Below, in pieces: positions 42,126 to 53,668 of a DNA stretch of 64,000 nucleotides (its first letter is position 1; each line of letters opens with the position of its first letter). The stretch comes from Nannocystis bainbridge (GTDB taxonomy: Bacteria > Myxococcota_A > Polyangia > Nannocystales > Nannocystaceae). Below the pieces are notes generated by a model, which saw only the letters and a list, made by a program, of their open reading frames with translations, did no database searches and was not told the origin of the DNA. Location of the stretch: contig NZ_JAQNDL010000003.1 of assembly GCF_028368995.1 (NCBI RefSeq), positions 1,920,001 through 1,984,000 of the forward strand. The letters are read 5' to 3'. A program made the position numbers and the translations under genes.

Positions 42126-42877
42126 TTTTCTTTTCGTGTCGGCTTCTCAGCCTGAGTACGCTTTCAGCGCGGAAGCTAACTCACGCCAGGCGCGCGATTT
42201 GCACATGGAGGGAAATCGTGTTGCGCTGATGACGCTGCCAATCAGCTTTCGTAACCGAAAAAATTCCTTCTAGATGAGCGTCGAGTTGAAAGAATATTTT
42301 CTCTCAAGCTAGTCCGTTTCTAATCTTCGTGCACAATTTGCAGTGGCGCAACTCCCGCAAACAAATAGGTCCCTTAGCGCGTCCGTCGCGCACTCGATGC
42401 GGGTTTGCCTCACTCACGCGGTCGCGCCCATCGCGCAGACCTGTCAGCCCAGCTCCAGCGCCGCCACCGCAGCCGTCTCCGCCCCAGGAAAGTTGCCCAA
42501 GTAAATCGCCGTCATCACGCGCCAAGGACGGCTCGCCGTACGTCATGACCTTGTTTCTGTCGGACAGGTTATCTTATGACTCGCACGACGGTCGTACCCG
42601 GGACGTGTTCTCGCTCGGGACGACGCTCTAACCAGCTCTGCACGCAGCTCCTGCCGCGCATAACCGGGCTGCTCTCCATCGTCCTGAGCCTGCCACCGGC
42701 GCCTCACGCCAGGTGATTGTGATGACCTCAACATACCAGCATGTACGTCGGGCCATCTCACTGACGATTCGCGGGTCGACACCGGGCGCCTCGGCCATTC
42801 GCTGCAGGACGTCGATGCGATGACGGAGAGCGTCTCCCAGGCCCTCACAAGGGCGAATTCCGAAGGCCAGCGCATAC

Positions 42878-43303
42878 ATGCCTCCATCCGCGAAAGCTCC
42901 CGTCCTATGCGCCTCTCTCGCCGCGCTCGTGCTCACCGCCTGTGGTGGTGGGATCGAGGGCGTCCGGGCGCGTGCTCCCGTGGATTTGCAGTGTGACGCC
43001 GGGGCGATCGACGTGCGCCCGGCCTCGCCGTCGGGGCCTCCCGCCGGGCCGTTCTACGCCGAGGGCTGTGACCAGCTGTGGCGCTACGTGAGCCCGCCGC
43101 GGGGCAAGACGGAGGGCAATGACGTGAAGGGAATCATCGTCCGCCAGGCGAGCTTCGATCTGTCCTGCAGCGCCGACCAGCTCGAGTTCACGCCGCTGAA
43201 CGCCGACACCTTCGGCGTCAAGGGCTGTGACAAGCAGGCGAGCTACCTCCTCGTGTGTCCGGTCGGCGGCTGCAAGGCCGTGCAGAACACGCAGGCCCAG
43301 TGA
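42878..43303 (+). CDS. Lipoprotein with two internal DLxC...GC repeats
   Basis: LTAC lipobox; APVDLQC...AEGCD and ASFDLSC...VKGCD. Confidence 0.8.
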   Translation: MPPSAKAPVLCASLAALVLTACGGGIEGVRARAPVDLQCDAGAIDVRPASPSGPPAGPFYAEGCDQLWRYVSPPRGKTEGNDVKGIIVRQASFDLSCSADQLEFTPLNADTFGVKGCDKQASYLLVCPVGGCKAVQNTQAQ

Positions 43304-43483
43304 TACGGCGAGCGGCCTCTCGCCTGGGGCGCGGCGCGTCCGCCTCTCGCTCCTGGCCGGCCACCCGCTCCACGCCGATTCGCCCGCGACAGCGGGCTTC
43401 GCCGCGCGCCGATTCCGCTCGCGACGACGGCGGCGCCGCGGGGCGCCGCCGTCTCGTCTGTCCCTTCGGACAGCTCTCTCGAA

Positions 43484-44821
43484 TCAGCCGAACAGCGGCA
43501 GCGAGTCGGTGACGATGCCGAACTTCTTCGCCGCCGCGCTCTCGGCCACCCCGGCCATCTCGCGCAGGGCCAGGTGGACGTGCGGGGCGGTGAGGACCAC
43601 GCCGTTCTCCGTCTCGTCGAGCTCGAGTGTGTCGGGGTCGATGCCGATCGGCAGCTGCTCGCCCTCGGTGGTGGCGCCGACGACCCGGCCGCCGCCGCCG
43701 AGCAGGCCCGGGTTGCCGCTCAGGAACATGGCCGAAGAGACAGGCCAGTGGTCCTTGCCCGAGCCCGCGTCCATGCCGTTGTAGCCCTTGCCGCGGCCGA
43801 AATCGGAGCCGACCATCACGATCAGGTTGGTGTCGATGCCGGCCATCACCGCCTGCGACATCACGTAGTCGATGCCCCACATCAGCTTGGCCAGCTGGCG
43901 CACCTGCACCGTGTCGTGGTTGGCGTGGGTGTCGAAGCCGCCGATCTCGAGGTTGACGCCGACCGCAAGGCCGGCCGTGAACGCCGCCATCGCCAGCTGC
44001 GTCTGCTGGGCCATGCGCTCGAGGTCGCCCATCTCGTTCGGCAGGTCGATGAGCGTGTCGGGCAGCGCCACTGACGACAGCAGGTCGAGGTTGCCGCGCG
44101 CGAGGTAGAGCTGCCCCGCCGCGGTCTCGATCTTCGGCAGGCGCTGCTTGGCCTTGAACGCGGCCAGCCGCTCCTGCTGGGTCGCGGCGATGCGGTCGAA
44201 CGTGTCCTGGTGGACGTAGGTGGTCATGTTGCCGGGGTCGGCCGGGTTGACGCGATTCGGCTGGGCCAGCTTGCGGAACGAGGTCACCGAGTTGAGGCGC
44301 GTGACCGGGATCAGGTTGCCGGTGCCCGAGTAACCGCCGCCGGAGATGAACGCCAGCGGGTGCTCGGGCGCCCGCGTGGCCGCCACCAGCGCGGCGAAGT
44401 TGGGGTAGCCGCCGTCGCCGCGGCCCGACCAGATCGTCACCACGCCGCGGTCGTGGTTGTTGGTCGCCATGTTGACCCCGTTCAGCACCACCAGCTTGCT
44501 GGCGTACTTGGCGAAGAAGTCGGCGTTCGACATCATGTACGGCACCGACATCGGGTCGGTCACCAGATTGGCGGCCAGCGGGATGTCGGCGTAATGGATG
44601 TCGCCCACCTTCGTCGGGTCGGCGGGGTCGTAATCATAAAGGCGGTTGAACGTGCCCTTCGGCTTGGGGTCGCAGAAGTACACGGGGTCCCAGCCGCCGC
44701 GGGCGCTGATCATCACGTAGAACGGGCCCTTGTAGGGCGGCAGCGCGGCGCGGGCGTGGCGCGGCAGGGCGACGGCGAGTCCGGTCCCGGCGGCGATCTT
44801 GAGGAAGCTGCGGCGATCCAT
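43484..44821 (-). CDS. DUF1501-family Tat-exported protein
   Basis: MDRRSFLK Tat signal; GGWDP, GGFDTH, SDFGR, GKDHW. Confidence 0.9.
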   Translation of the reverse strand: MDRRSFLKIAAGTGLAVALPRHARAALPPYKGPFYVMISARGGWDPVYFCDPKPKGTFNRLYDYDPADPTKVGDIHYADIPLAANLVTDPMSVPYMMSNADFFAKYASKLVVLNGVNMATNNHDRGVVTIWSGRGDGGYPNFAALVAATRAPEHPLAFISGGGYSGTGNLIPVTRLNSVTSFRKLAQPNRVNPADPGNMTTYVHQDTFDRIAATQQERLAAFKAKQRLPKIETAAGQLYLARGNLDLLSSVALPDTLIDLPNEMGDLERMAQQTQLAMAAFTAGLAVGVNLEIGGFDTHANHDTVQVRQLAKLMWGIDYVMSQAVMAGIDTNLIVMVGSDFGRGKGYNGMDAGSGKDHWPVSSAMFLSGNPGLLGGGGRVVGATTEGEQLPIGIDPDTLELDETENGVVLTAPHVHLALREMAGVAESAAAKKFGIVTDSLPLFG

Positions 44822-44851
44822 GGTCGTAACTCCGATCTCGCGGGGGTGGGC

Positions 44852-47239
44852 TCACTCGTAGAGGAAGGCGAAGTCCGACAGCAGGTAGGCGATCACGGCC
44901 TGCCAGGCGCGGATGGTGTAGTCGTCGTCGGCGGTCAGCTTCTGCTCGTCGGGCAGCGCCATCCCGGTGTTCGGGTCCTTGGTCGCGCCGCACGGCCCCA
45001 GGCCCTTGCCCTCGAGCGCGTCGGCGATGTTCTGCGCGCCCGCCAGCCACGTCTCGCGGTAGAGATCGTAGGTGCGCTCGATCTCCGGATCGTCGATCGC
45101 CAGCTCCTCGCCGAGGATCCGCGCGTGCAGGTACTGGATGTTGGCCTTGATGTCCGCCGCCTTGAAGTCGGGCGAGTCGGTCGCCTCGACCAGCGGGAAC
45201 AGCACGCGCGACTCGAGCGGCTTGCTGAAGTCGAACGCCGTCGCGGTGCACGCGACCTCGACCGCCATGCGCTGGGCCACGCTCGCCATCAGCTGATTGA
45301 CGCTCGTCAGCCGCTGGACGATCGTGTTCGAGTCGATGCCGCCGTAGAGCAGCTTGAACTCGCCGTTCAGCAGGTCGCCGGTGCCGCCCCAGCGCACGCC
45401 GGTGGTCGCGATCACCTTCCGCGCCAGCTGCTCCGGGGTCGACAGGCGGCCGGTGCCGACGTGCGCGAGCTCGGCCTTATGCGCCTCGCTCGGCTGGTTG
45501 GCGACCTGCACGCCGCGGTAGTACGGGCTCAGGATCAGCTTGACGAGGATCGTCTTCAGGTTGTGGTCGTCGGCCACGAACTCGGCCGCGACCGCGCGCA
45601 TGAAGGTGTCCTGGGTCTCCCACGCGGCCATCTGCTGGGCGTAGTCGGGCGCGGCGGCGTTGGTCGGGTAGCGCGCGGCCTCCTCGCCGGTCAGCGCCTG
45701 GAACATCTTGTAGGTCGCCGACAGGCTGAAGCGCGGGTCGTGGGCGACCTTCTGCGCCAGCCACTGCACGCCGGTGGCCGACTGGTCGGTCGGCATCAGC
45801 TCGAACTGATAGCCGGGCGCGAACATCTCGGGGAACCAGGTCGGCTTCTCGAGCAGGAACTCCTGGTTGTTGCGGTCGAACATCTGGAACGCCCCGGCGA
45901 TCGGGTCGATCGTGATGTGACACTGGGCGCAGGTCGGGTCGTCGCGCGTCGGGTTGGCGAACGCGGCCCCGGCGTCGGGGTCGATGGCCTGGCTGGCCAG
46001 CGCGAGCACGTCGGTGGCCAGGAACTGGTCGTAGACCTTGCGCGCGCGGTGGCGGTTGCGATTCGTCGGCGTGGTCGGGAACCGGTTCAGCCACATCGGC
46101 GAGGTCAGGATGCCGGCGTGCGGGTAGGTCATCTCCTTGCCGTTGCGGGTGACCTTGAGGACGCCGGGCTTGAGCTCGGTCGGGTCGTTCGGGTCCTCGA
46201 AGCGGGCGGCGACGCCGTAGATGAAGGCCGAGTCGGGCGTGAAGACGGTGTAGTCGGCCGTCAGGACCTCGGTGAAGGGCCGGTCGTTGCGGACGATGTA
46301 GTTGATGAGGTCGAGCGGCTCGCGGGCCACGGCGCGGTGGATCCGCGTCTTCTGGTCCTCGGGCATCGGCGTCATCTTGTCGAAGTACTTGGCCACGTTC
46401 GGCCAGTCGGGCGTGCCGGCGTTGATGTTGTTGAGCGAGCCGCCGCCGTAGTACATGTCCGTCAGGAAGGTGTCGTTGAACAGCTCGGTGAGGCGGGCGT
46501 AGAACGCGTCCTCCGTCATCATGTCCTCGAGCACATCCATGAGCGCGGCCTCGCCGTCGGCCTCGACCGCGGCGACCTCGTCCGCGAGCGGCAGGCGGCC
46601 GACGAGCTGCAGCGACGCCTTGCGCAGCGTCTCGACCGGGTCGAGCAGGATCACGTCCGGGAAGCTCTCGCCGGCCGACGGCGGCGGACACTCGATCGGG
46701 TCGTCGAGCTGCTCGAGCAGCGACTCGATGTTCTTGTAGAGCTCACTGTCGGCCGGCAGCACCGCGCCGCCGCCGTGCTCGACGACGCCGCTCGGCTTGG
46801 CGAGCAGCAGCGGGGTGTCCTCGAACTCGTAGCCGGCCAGGCCCTGGATGTTGGCCAGGTTGGCCTCGATGAAGCCGGGGTAGACCGGCGTGAGCAGGCG
46901 GAACTTGGCGCCCTTCGCCGCGGCCGAGCCGGTCGGTTCGTGGCACTGCACGCACAGCGTGCCCATGCCCTTCGACCACACCTTGTCGGCGAAGAAATCG
47001 CGGGTCGAATAACAGTCGCCGTTCGGCTCGCCGGTGGTCCCGGTGCCGGCGGACGTCGTCGGCGAGTCCGTGGTCGGCGCCCCGCCGTCGGTCGTCGACG
47101 ACGTGCCCTCGGACCCGGAGGTCCCGGGCCCTCCTTCGGTTTCGACCTGAGCGTCCGGGGCATAACACCCGAACGCGAAGAGAGCTGCCCCGAGAGGCAG
47201 ATAGACCATTCGCCGGCTCAGCCGCGTGTTCTCGACCAT
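44852..47239 (-). CDS. c-type heme lipoprotein (DUF1549/1588/1592-like)
   Basis: FAFGC lipobox; CVQCH and CAQCH; LRKASLQLVGRLP, HAGILTSP. Confidence 0.85.
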   Translation of the reverse strand: MVENTRLSRRMVYLPLGAALFAFGCYAPDAQVETEGGPGTSGSEGTSSTTDGGAPTTDSPTTSAGTGTTGEPNGDCYSTRDFFADKVWSKGMGTLCVQCHEPTGSAAAKGAKFRLLTPVYPGFIEANLANIQGLAGYEFEDTPLLLAKPSGVVEHGGGAVLPADSELYKNIESLLEQLDDPIECPPPSAGESFPDVILLDPVETLRKASLQLVGRLPLADEVAAVEADGEAALMDVLEDMMTEDAFYARLTELFNDTFLTDMYYGGGSLNNINAGTPDWPNVAKYFDKMTPMPEDQKTRIHRAVAREPLDLINYIVRNDRPFTEVLTADYTVFTPDSAFIYGVAARFEDPNDPTELKPGVLKVTRNGKEMTYPHAGILTSPMWLNRFPTTPTNRNRHRARKVYDQFLATDVLALASQAIDPDAGAAFANPTRDDPTCAQCHITIDPIAGAFQMFDRNNQEFLLEKPTWFPEMFAPGYQFELMPTDQSATGVQWLAQKVAHDPRFSLSATYKMFQALTGEEAARYPTNAAAPDYAQQMAAWETQDTFMRAVAAEFVADDHNLKTILVKLILSPYYRGVQVANQPSEAHKAELAHVGTGRLSTPEQLARKVIATTGVRWGGTGDLLNGEFKLLYGGIDSNTIVQRLTSVNQLMASVAQRMAVEVACTATAFDFSKPLESRVLFPLVEATDSPDFKAADIKANIQYLHARILGEELAIDDPEIERTYDLYRETWLAGAQNIADALEGKGLGPCGATKDPNTGMALPDEQKLTADDDYTIRAWQAVIAYLLSDFAFLYE

Positions 47240-47777
47240 CGCGTTCGCGCCTCCACCCGTGCATCGCAAGGTAGACCGCCGAGCTCGCCGCATACAAGCC
47301 GCATAAACCCGACCGGGCCTCGGGAGCGGGGACGGCCGCGGATGCAGGTCTGTATGCGATCGCGCGCGCGCACGCGGACCCATCCCGCTCGAACGGCCCG
47401 CCGACGGCCGATTCGTCGCCCGCGCGCGCATCTGCGGGCTGGGGCGTGCCCGCGAGGTTCGCCGACCCCGCGCAATCGCAGCGTCAGGTGATCGACCGAT
47501 CCCGGTGAAGTGGACTTCGCGCGGCGCTCGCGACAGGCGTGTCACGTTCACCGCGCTCCGCGCTCGCTCGACTCCGCGATCCGGCTGCCTACGCGCGAGC
47601 AGCGGCGTCTGTGGGCCTGGGACTGGCGTGGGCGCGTGCCCGAGGGCCAGTCGCCCGGCGCCAATGTTTATATGTCTCGAAAGACATGTCGATGGATTCC
47701 TCCGAGCGCGACGGGGGCGCTGGTTCGCGCCTCCGGCCGGTTGCGGGGTGACCGCCGGGTCCGATACCGTCGCCGCC

Positions 47778-49127
47778 ATGCCTCGCGCCTTTGCTTCTCC
47801 TCCTTCGCTGCGCCTCACCGCCGGCCTCGCGCTGGCCTCGCTGCTCACCGCCTGCCCTGACGGCGGGTCCGCCACGACCACGGACGCCGCCACCAGCGCG
47901 ACCGGCGACGCGTCGACCGGCGGCAGCGAGACCGCGGGCCCGACGAGCGCCGGCTCCGACGCCACCAGCGCGCCGACCACCGGCGACCCGACCACCGGCA
48001 CCGGCGGCACGACGACGACCGATCCGCCCGTCACCACCAGCGACACCAGCGACACCAGCGACACCACCGGCACCAGCGACACCACCGGCGAGCCGGTCGA
48101 TCCGGGCTGGGCCGAGCGCGACTACGCCCGCGTGTTCCTCTCGGGTCACAGCCTCACCGACAACCCGCTGGCCGACTTCATGCTCGAGATCGCGGCGGGG
48201 GTCGGCGTCGACCTCGACTACAACCAGCAGATCGGGATCGGCTCACCGATCCGCGTGCGCACGCTCGGCAACAGCTGGGACAACCTCGACTGGCCCGGCT
48301 ACCGGACCGGCAAGAACCGCGAGGGCGACGGCATGGACGTCATCGCCGAGCTGGCGGCGCCGCAGACCCTCGGGCCCGGCGAGCAATACGACACTCTGGT
48401 GATTACCGAGCGGCACGACATCCTCGGCACGATCCAGTGGGAGGACACCACGGGGCTGCTCCGCCACTACCACGATCGCCTGATCGACGGCAATCCGGCC
48501 GGGCAGACCCTGCTCTATCACAGCTGGCTCGACATCGACAAGTCGGCCCCGGAGGGCTGGATCGTGCACGAGAAGAACGCCCTGTTCGCGTGGGAGTGCG
48601 TGGCGACCAAGGTCAATCACACGCTCGAGGCCGAAGGCCGGCCCGACCGCCTGCGGACGCTGCCGGTCGGCGCGGCGCTGGTGCACCTGGTCGAGGCGGT
48701 GCTGGCCGACGAGGTGGCCGGGATCGACGGTGCGATGAATCAGAAGCTGGACCAGATCTTCAACGACAACGTGCACCTGACGCCGCTCGGGGCCTATTAC
48801 GCGGCGCTGGTGACCCACGCGGCGGTGTTCCGCAGCTCGCCGGTCGGCGCCCCGGTGCCGCAGGGCGTGCCCGCGGGGCCGGCGGCCGACCTGCAGCAGT
48901 TGGCGTGGGACTTCGTGCGCGGCTACTACAACGATCCGGCGAGCGGGCAGCACAGCATGGAGGAGTGCCGCGCGTTCATCTCGGACCAGGTGTGCGGGTC
49001 GTTCTGGACGCTGCTCGGCGAGCCGCAGAACGTGGGCGGCTGCAGCAACCATTTCGCCAACGCCGACGCCGAGGGCAACCCGTTCCGCTGGCCCGACCCG
49101 CAGTGGACGCCGTGGCCGGCGCCGTGA
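47778..49127 (+). CDS. SGNH-hydrolase-like lipoprotein
   Basis: LLTAC lipobox; FLSGHSLTD and DNVH motifs. Confidence 0.8.
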   Translation: MPRAFASPPSLRLTAGLALASLLTACPDGGSATTTDAATSATGDASTGGSETAGPTSAGSDATSAPTTGDPTTGTGGTTTTDPPVTTSDTSDTSDTTGTSDTTGEPVDPGWAERDYARVFLSGHSLTDNPLADFMLEIAAGVGVDLDYNQQIGIGSPIRVRTLGNSWDNLDWPGYRTGKNREGDGMDVIAELAAPQTLGPGEQYDTLVITERHDILGTIQWEDTTGLLRHYHDRLIDGNPAGQTLLYHSWLDIDKSAPEGWIVHEKNALFAWECVATKVNHTLEAEGRPDRLRTLPVGAALVHLVEAVLADEVAGIDGAMNQKLDQIFNDNVHLTPLGAYYAALVTHAAVFRSSPVGAPVPQGVPAGPAADLQQLAWDFVRGYYNDPASGQHSMEECRAFISDQVCGSFWTLLGEPQNVGGCSNHFANADAEGNPFRWPDPQWTPWPAP

Positions 49128-49189
49128 GGCCCCCGGTCCTGTGATTCGCCGGACCCGGCGCGCGGTGCTCTCGGCCAGCGCGCCGATTC

Positions 49190-49224
49190 ACGTGTCCCTG
49201 CTGAACATGTCCTTCGGGCCATGT
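49190..49224. repeat. 14-bp-phased CATG pair
   Basis: CATG at 49206 and 49220. Confidence 0.7.
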
Positions 49225-49238
49225 GTGAATATCGACCC

Positions 49239-49613
49239 TCACCGGCCGCGGCGCGCGTCCTCGTCGGGGTCCGGCGGTCCGTCGATCCGGGTCTCCGCCC
49301 GCGCGCTGCAGGGGTCGCAGATCGTCTCATCCCAGCCTTCGACCGTCTGCCGGCGCCCTGCCCCGCCGCAGACCCCACAAATTGTCGCGCTGCGGTCGGC
49401 GATCTCGACCAGGAATGCTTCGAACGCCGCGTCGTCGACATCGACGTCGAAGCGCAGCTCGGCCCATTTTTGATAGGCCTGACGGATCTGCAGCCCGGGT
49501 GGCAGGCGATCATAGACCTCGTCGACCAGGGCCAGCCAGCCGGGGTAGCCGCATTGCGAGATCCAGCTGCGCGCGGCGGCTCTGTCCATGATGATCTCGT
49601 CGCGTGAGGTCAT
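49239..49613 (-). CDS. Small Zn-ribbon protein
   Basis: PGWLALV...QKWAELRF...CGVCG...GWDETICDPC. Confidence 0.75.
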   Translation of the reverse strand: MTSRDEIIMDRAAARSWISQCGYPGWLALVDEVYDRLPPGLQIRQAYQKWAELRFDVDVDDAAFEAFLVEIADRSATICGVCGGAGRRQTVEGWDETICDPCSARAETRIDGPPDPDEDARRGR

Positions 49614-50344
49614 TGCGCGTCGCGCTTGCGCGGCTTCGCGGCCGGCTTCGGCTTCGCTTTCGCTTCCTGCTTGGCCCGGTGCTCGCGCCCCTTGGCGATG
49701 TACGCCACCGCGTCGAACGTCTTGCAGTCCGTGTCGCCGTGATCGATCTCCACCGGGCCGATCGTGCGGGCCGCGGCCGTCGCCAGGCGGGCCAGCGCGT
49801 CGCTGCGGGTGCCGATGGCGATCAGCGTCCCGTTCATCGCCTCGCGCGTGCGGTTGGGGGCGCCGTGGATCTCGCGCTCGATGCGGGGCAGCAGGTCGGC
49901 GAAGAAGCTGTCCGCGAGGTCGTTGGATTCACGGGCCAGGTGGGCCACCAGCACCCAGCCGGCGCGGCGCTGCGACTCCGTCGTCGCGTCGAGCCACGGC
50001 ACCACCGCCGTCGCGGCCGCGGCCATCCGCGCGCCGACGTGGGTGATCAGGGCGTCGGTCTGCACGTAGCAGGTCGTCTCGGCCTGCCAGCGGCGCAGCA
50101 TCGCCACGTCGAACGCGGCGGGCTCGGCGATCATCGCCGCCAGCACGCGGGCGTCGTGGTTGCCGGACTGCCACAGCGCCTCTGCCAGCGCCTGGTCGCG
50201 GCCGAGGCGCTTTTGCAGCTTGCCGAGGTCGCCGTACTTGACCCCGAACATCGGCTCGGGCACCTCGTGGCGGCGCCAGGTCTTGCGGGTTTGCTCGCTG
50301 CCGAGGGCCTCGAGCTCGCGGAGGACATCACGGGCTGTGGTCAC
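49610..50344 (-). CDS. DNA alkylation repair protein (AlkD-like HEAT repeat)
   Basis: FGVKYGDL, ALWQSGNHDARVLA, AMNGTLIAIG, IGPVEIDHGDTDCK. Confidence 0.9.
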   Translation of the reverse strand: MTTARDVLRELEALGSEQTRKTWRRHEVPEPMFGVKYGDLGKLQKRLGRDQALAEALWQSGNHDARVLAAMIAEPAAFDVAMLRRWQAETTCYVQTDALITHVGARMAAAATAVVPWLDATTESQRRAGWVLVAHLARESNDLADSFFADLLPRIEREIHGAPNRTREAMNGTLIAIGTRSDALARLATAAARTIGPVEIDHGDTDCKTFDAVAYIAKGREHRAKQEAKAKPKPAAKPRKRDAQ

Positions 50345-50401
50345 GCGCGTCCGAGGGTCGCAACTGCGCCGGGGGGGCGTCAAGCCGGTATACTCGCGGC
50401 G

Positions 50402-51760
50402 ATGTCGACGCCTGTCCCCTCGGCTCACGCCGCCCGCGCCGGCGCCTGGGCGCTGCTCGTCGTGCTCGCCACCGACCTCGTCTTCAGCGCCGCGCGGCAC
50501 ATCGTGCCGCTGGTGCTGCTCGACCCGGACAGGCCGCGGCCGGAGTTCGACTGGTACCGCTGGCTGCAGTGGTTCGACGGCGCCGACCTGCCGCTGCGCG
50601 CCTTGCTCGTGGGGATCCTCGTGATCGGCCTGCTGCGGCTGCGCCGGGGCTCGGCCGATGCTGGCGCGAGGGCCATGTTCCTCGGGTCAGGTGCGGCCAC
50701 GGCGATCTCGCTGGTGGCGCTGCTGATGATGCAGCGGAGGGTCGGCGCCGACGCGCTGCCGGGCACGCTGCTCCCGCTGACGGTCGTGCTCGACCGGCTC
50801 GGCGTCGGCCTGTTGCTGGCGGGGCTGTGGCGGGCGCGGCGGGCCCTGGGCCGCGGCGTCGGGCCTGCGTTGTCGATCGCCGCGTCGATCTTCGGGCTGC
50901 GGCTGGTGCTGCTCTCCGGCGCGATCGACCTCGACTGGGGCGACGGCCACGAGGGCCTCGTGCGCCTCGGCGTGTTGCGGCTCGCGCTCGACGCCGCCGA
51001 GTGCGGCGCGATCATGGCGGCGCTGCTGGGATTCGCTCGCCTCGCGCCGGACGGGCCGCCCGCTGCGCGGCTCACCGCGGCCGCGGCGGGCCTCGACCTC
51101 TACTTCCGCGCCCTGGTCGCCCGCGTCACCATCGTCGCGGTCGGCGTCGTCGTCACTCTGGCGTTCGGCTTCACCTCGCCGACGGCCCGCGGCAAGCTGC
51201 TGTTCGCGGTGCTGGTCCTGCCGCTGCCGACGCTGATCGCCCAGGTCGCGGGGCTGACCCGCTACGCCGACGCGCCGGTCGACGTCGGCCGCGGCGCGCT
51301 GCGGGTCGCGCTGCTGGCGATGGGCGTGGGGGCGGCGGTCGAGATCCTGACGCTGGTGGTCTACGCGCGGCTGGTGTGGCCTGACGGCGACGACGCGTTC
51401 GCGCCGCGGTCGGAGACGCTGGTGTACGCCGACATGTTGAAGTACGTCGGCGTCGGCGGTCAGCTGGTCGCGCTGGTCGGCGCGCTGGCGTTGCTCGCCT
51501 CGTTGCGGCGGGCGGCGCTCGCCCTGGGGGCGCCGGCGCTGCAGCGGCGGGCCACCGCGCTGGCGGTCGCGCTGGCCGGCGTCACCGCCGGCGGCTTCGT
51601 CCTGCTGCGACTATTCGGCCAGACTCTGATTCGCGCCCCCGGAGCGCTGTTCGGGCTCGGCCTCGTCGCGCTCGTGATCGGCGTGACGGTGTTCGTATCG
51701 TGGTTGCGGCTCGTCGAGGGTGTGGCGCAGGAGCTGCGCGCGCGGGCCAAGGGCGCGTGA
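50402..51760 (+). CDS. Polytopic membrane protein
   Basis: About 12 hydrophobic helices; GC-rich third positions. Confidence 0.75.
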   Translation: MSTPVPSAHAARAGAWALLVVLATDLVFSAARHIVPLVLLDPDRPRPEFDWYRWLQWFDGADLPLRALLVGILVIGLLRLRRGSADAGARAMFLGSGAATAISLVALLMMQRRVGADALPGTLLPLTVVLDRLGVGLLLAGLWRARRALGRGVGPALSIAASIFGLRLVLLSGAIDLDWGDGHEGLVRLGVLRLALDAAECGAIMAALLGFARLAPDGPPAARLTAAAAGLDLYFRALVARVTIVAVGVVVTLAFGFTSPTARGKLLFAVLVLPLPTLIAQVAGLTRYADAPVDVGRGALRVALLAMGVGAAVEILTLVVYARLVWPDGDDAFAPRSETLVYADMLKYVGVGGQLVALVGALALLASLRRAALALGAPALQRRATALAVALAGVTAGGFVLLRLFGQTLIRAPGALFGLGLVALVIGVTVFVSWLRLVEGVAQELRARAKGA

Positions 51761-52102
51761 AGCTCATTCGTGGGTGGTGCGATACGACCTCGAGGCGCAC
51801 CGCGGAAACGACACCCTCTCGCATCAAAAACGGCGCGCGATGTCGCGGCGCCGGCGTGGTCGCGATCACCGTGGAATGGGCATCACGGGCTCGCAAGGGC
51901 CGTTCTGCGAGCATAACACCGATATTGATAGGTTCTTGAGGTCAGGTCTCGAAGTCCTGATACCCACTTGATCATCGGTGCCCTTAGTCTTGAAGGCGTC
52001 GAGTTCGCCGTCGGCCGATGATTTTTCGGTCGGCATCCAGTCCCGACCGCGTCATCGCAATTGTGGGCCGGACCACCCTCTCTTTCAAGGAAATGCTGCG
52101 CC

Positions 52103-53434
<1,332 letters not shown>

Positions 53435-53668
53435 TTGGGGCCCGCGGCCGGTGAGCGAGCCGCGCAGGCGACCGCTTGCGACTCGGAACATTGATTCGGG
53501 CGGAGGCCCGCCGCGCCGTCGCCGATGCAGGGCGGCGCGCCGCGTCGGCCCGGGTGCCCGGACCCCCTGGCCCGCGGCCCCGAGTCTGCGGCACGATCGG
53601 TCGACTTCGCGTATTCCTGAACTGCGCCGCCGCTCGCGTCCGGCCCCGGCGTCCTTCTCCGAACACTC

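Noticed and set aside
42304-42860. Short ORFs upstream of hipBA as a possible transposase remnant
   Set aside because: No DDE/HUH motif or terminal inverted repeats recognisable.
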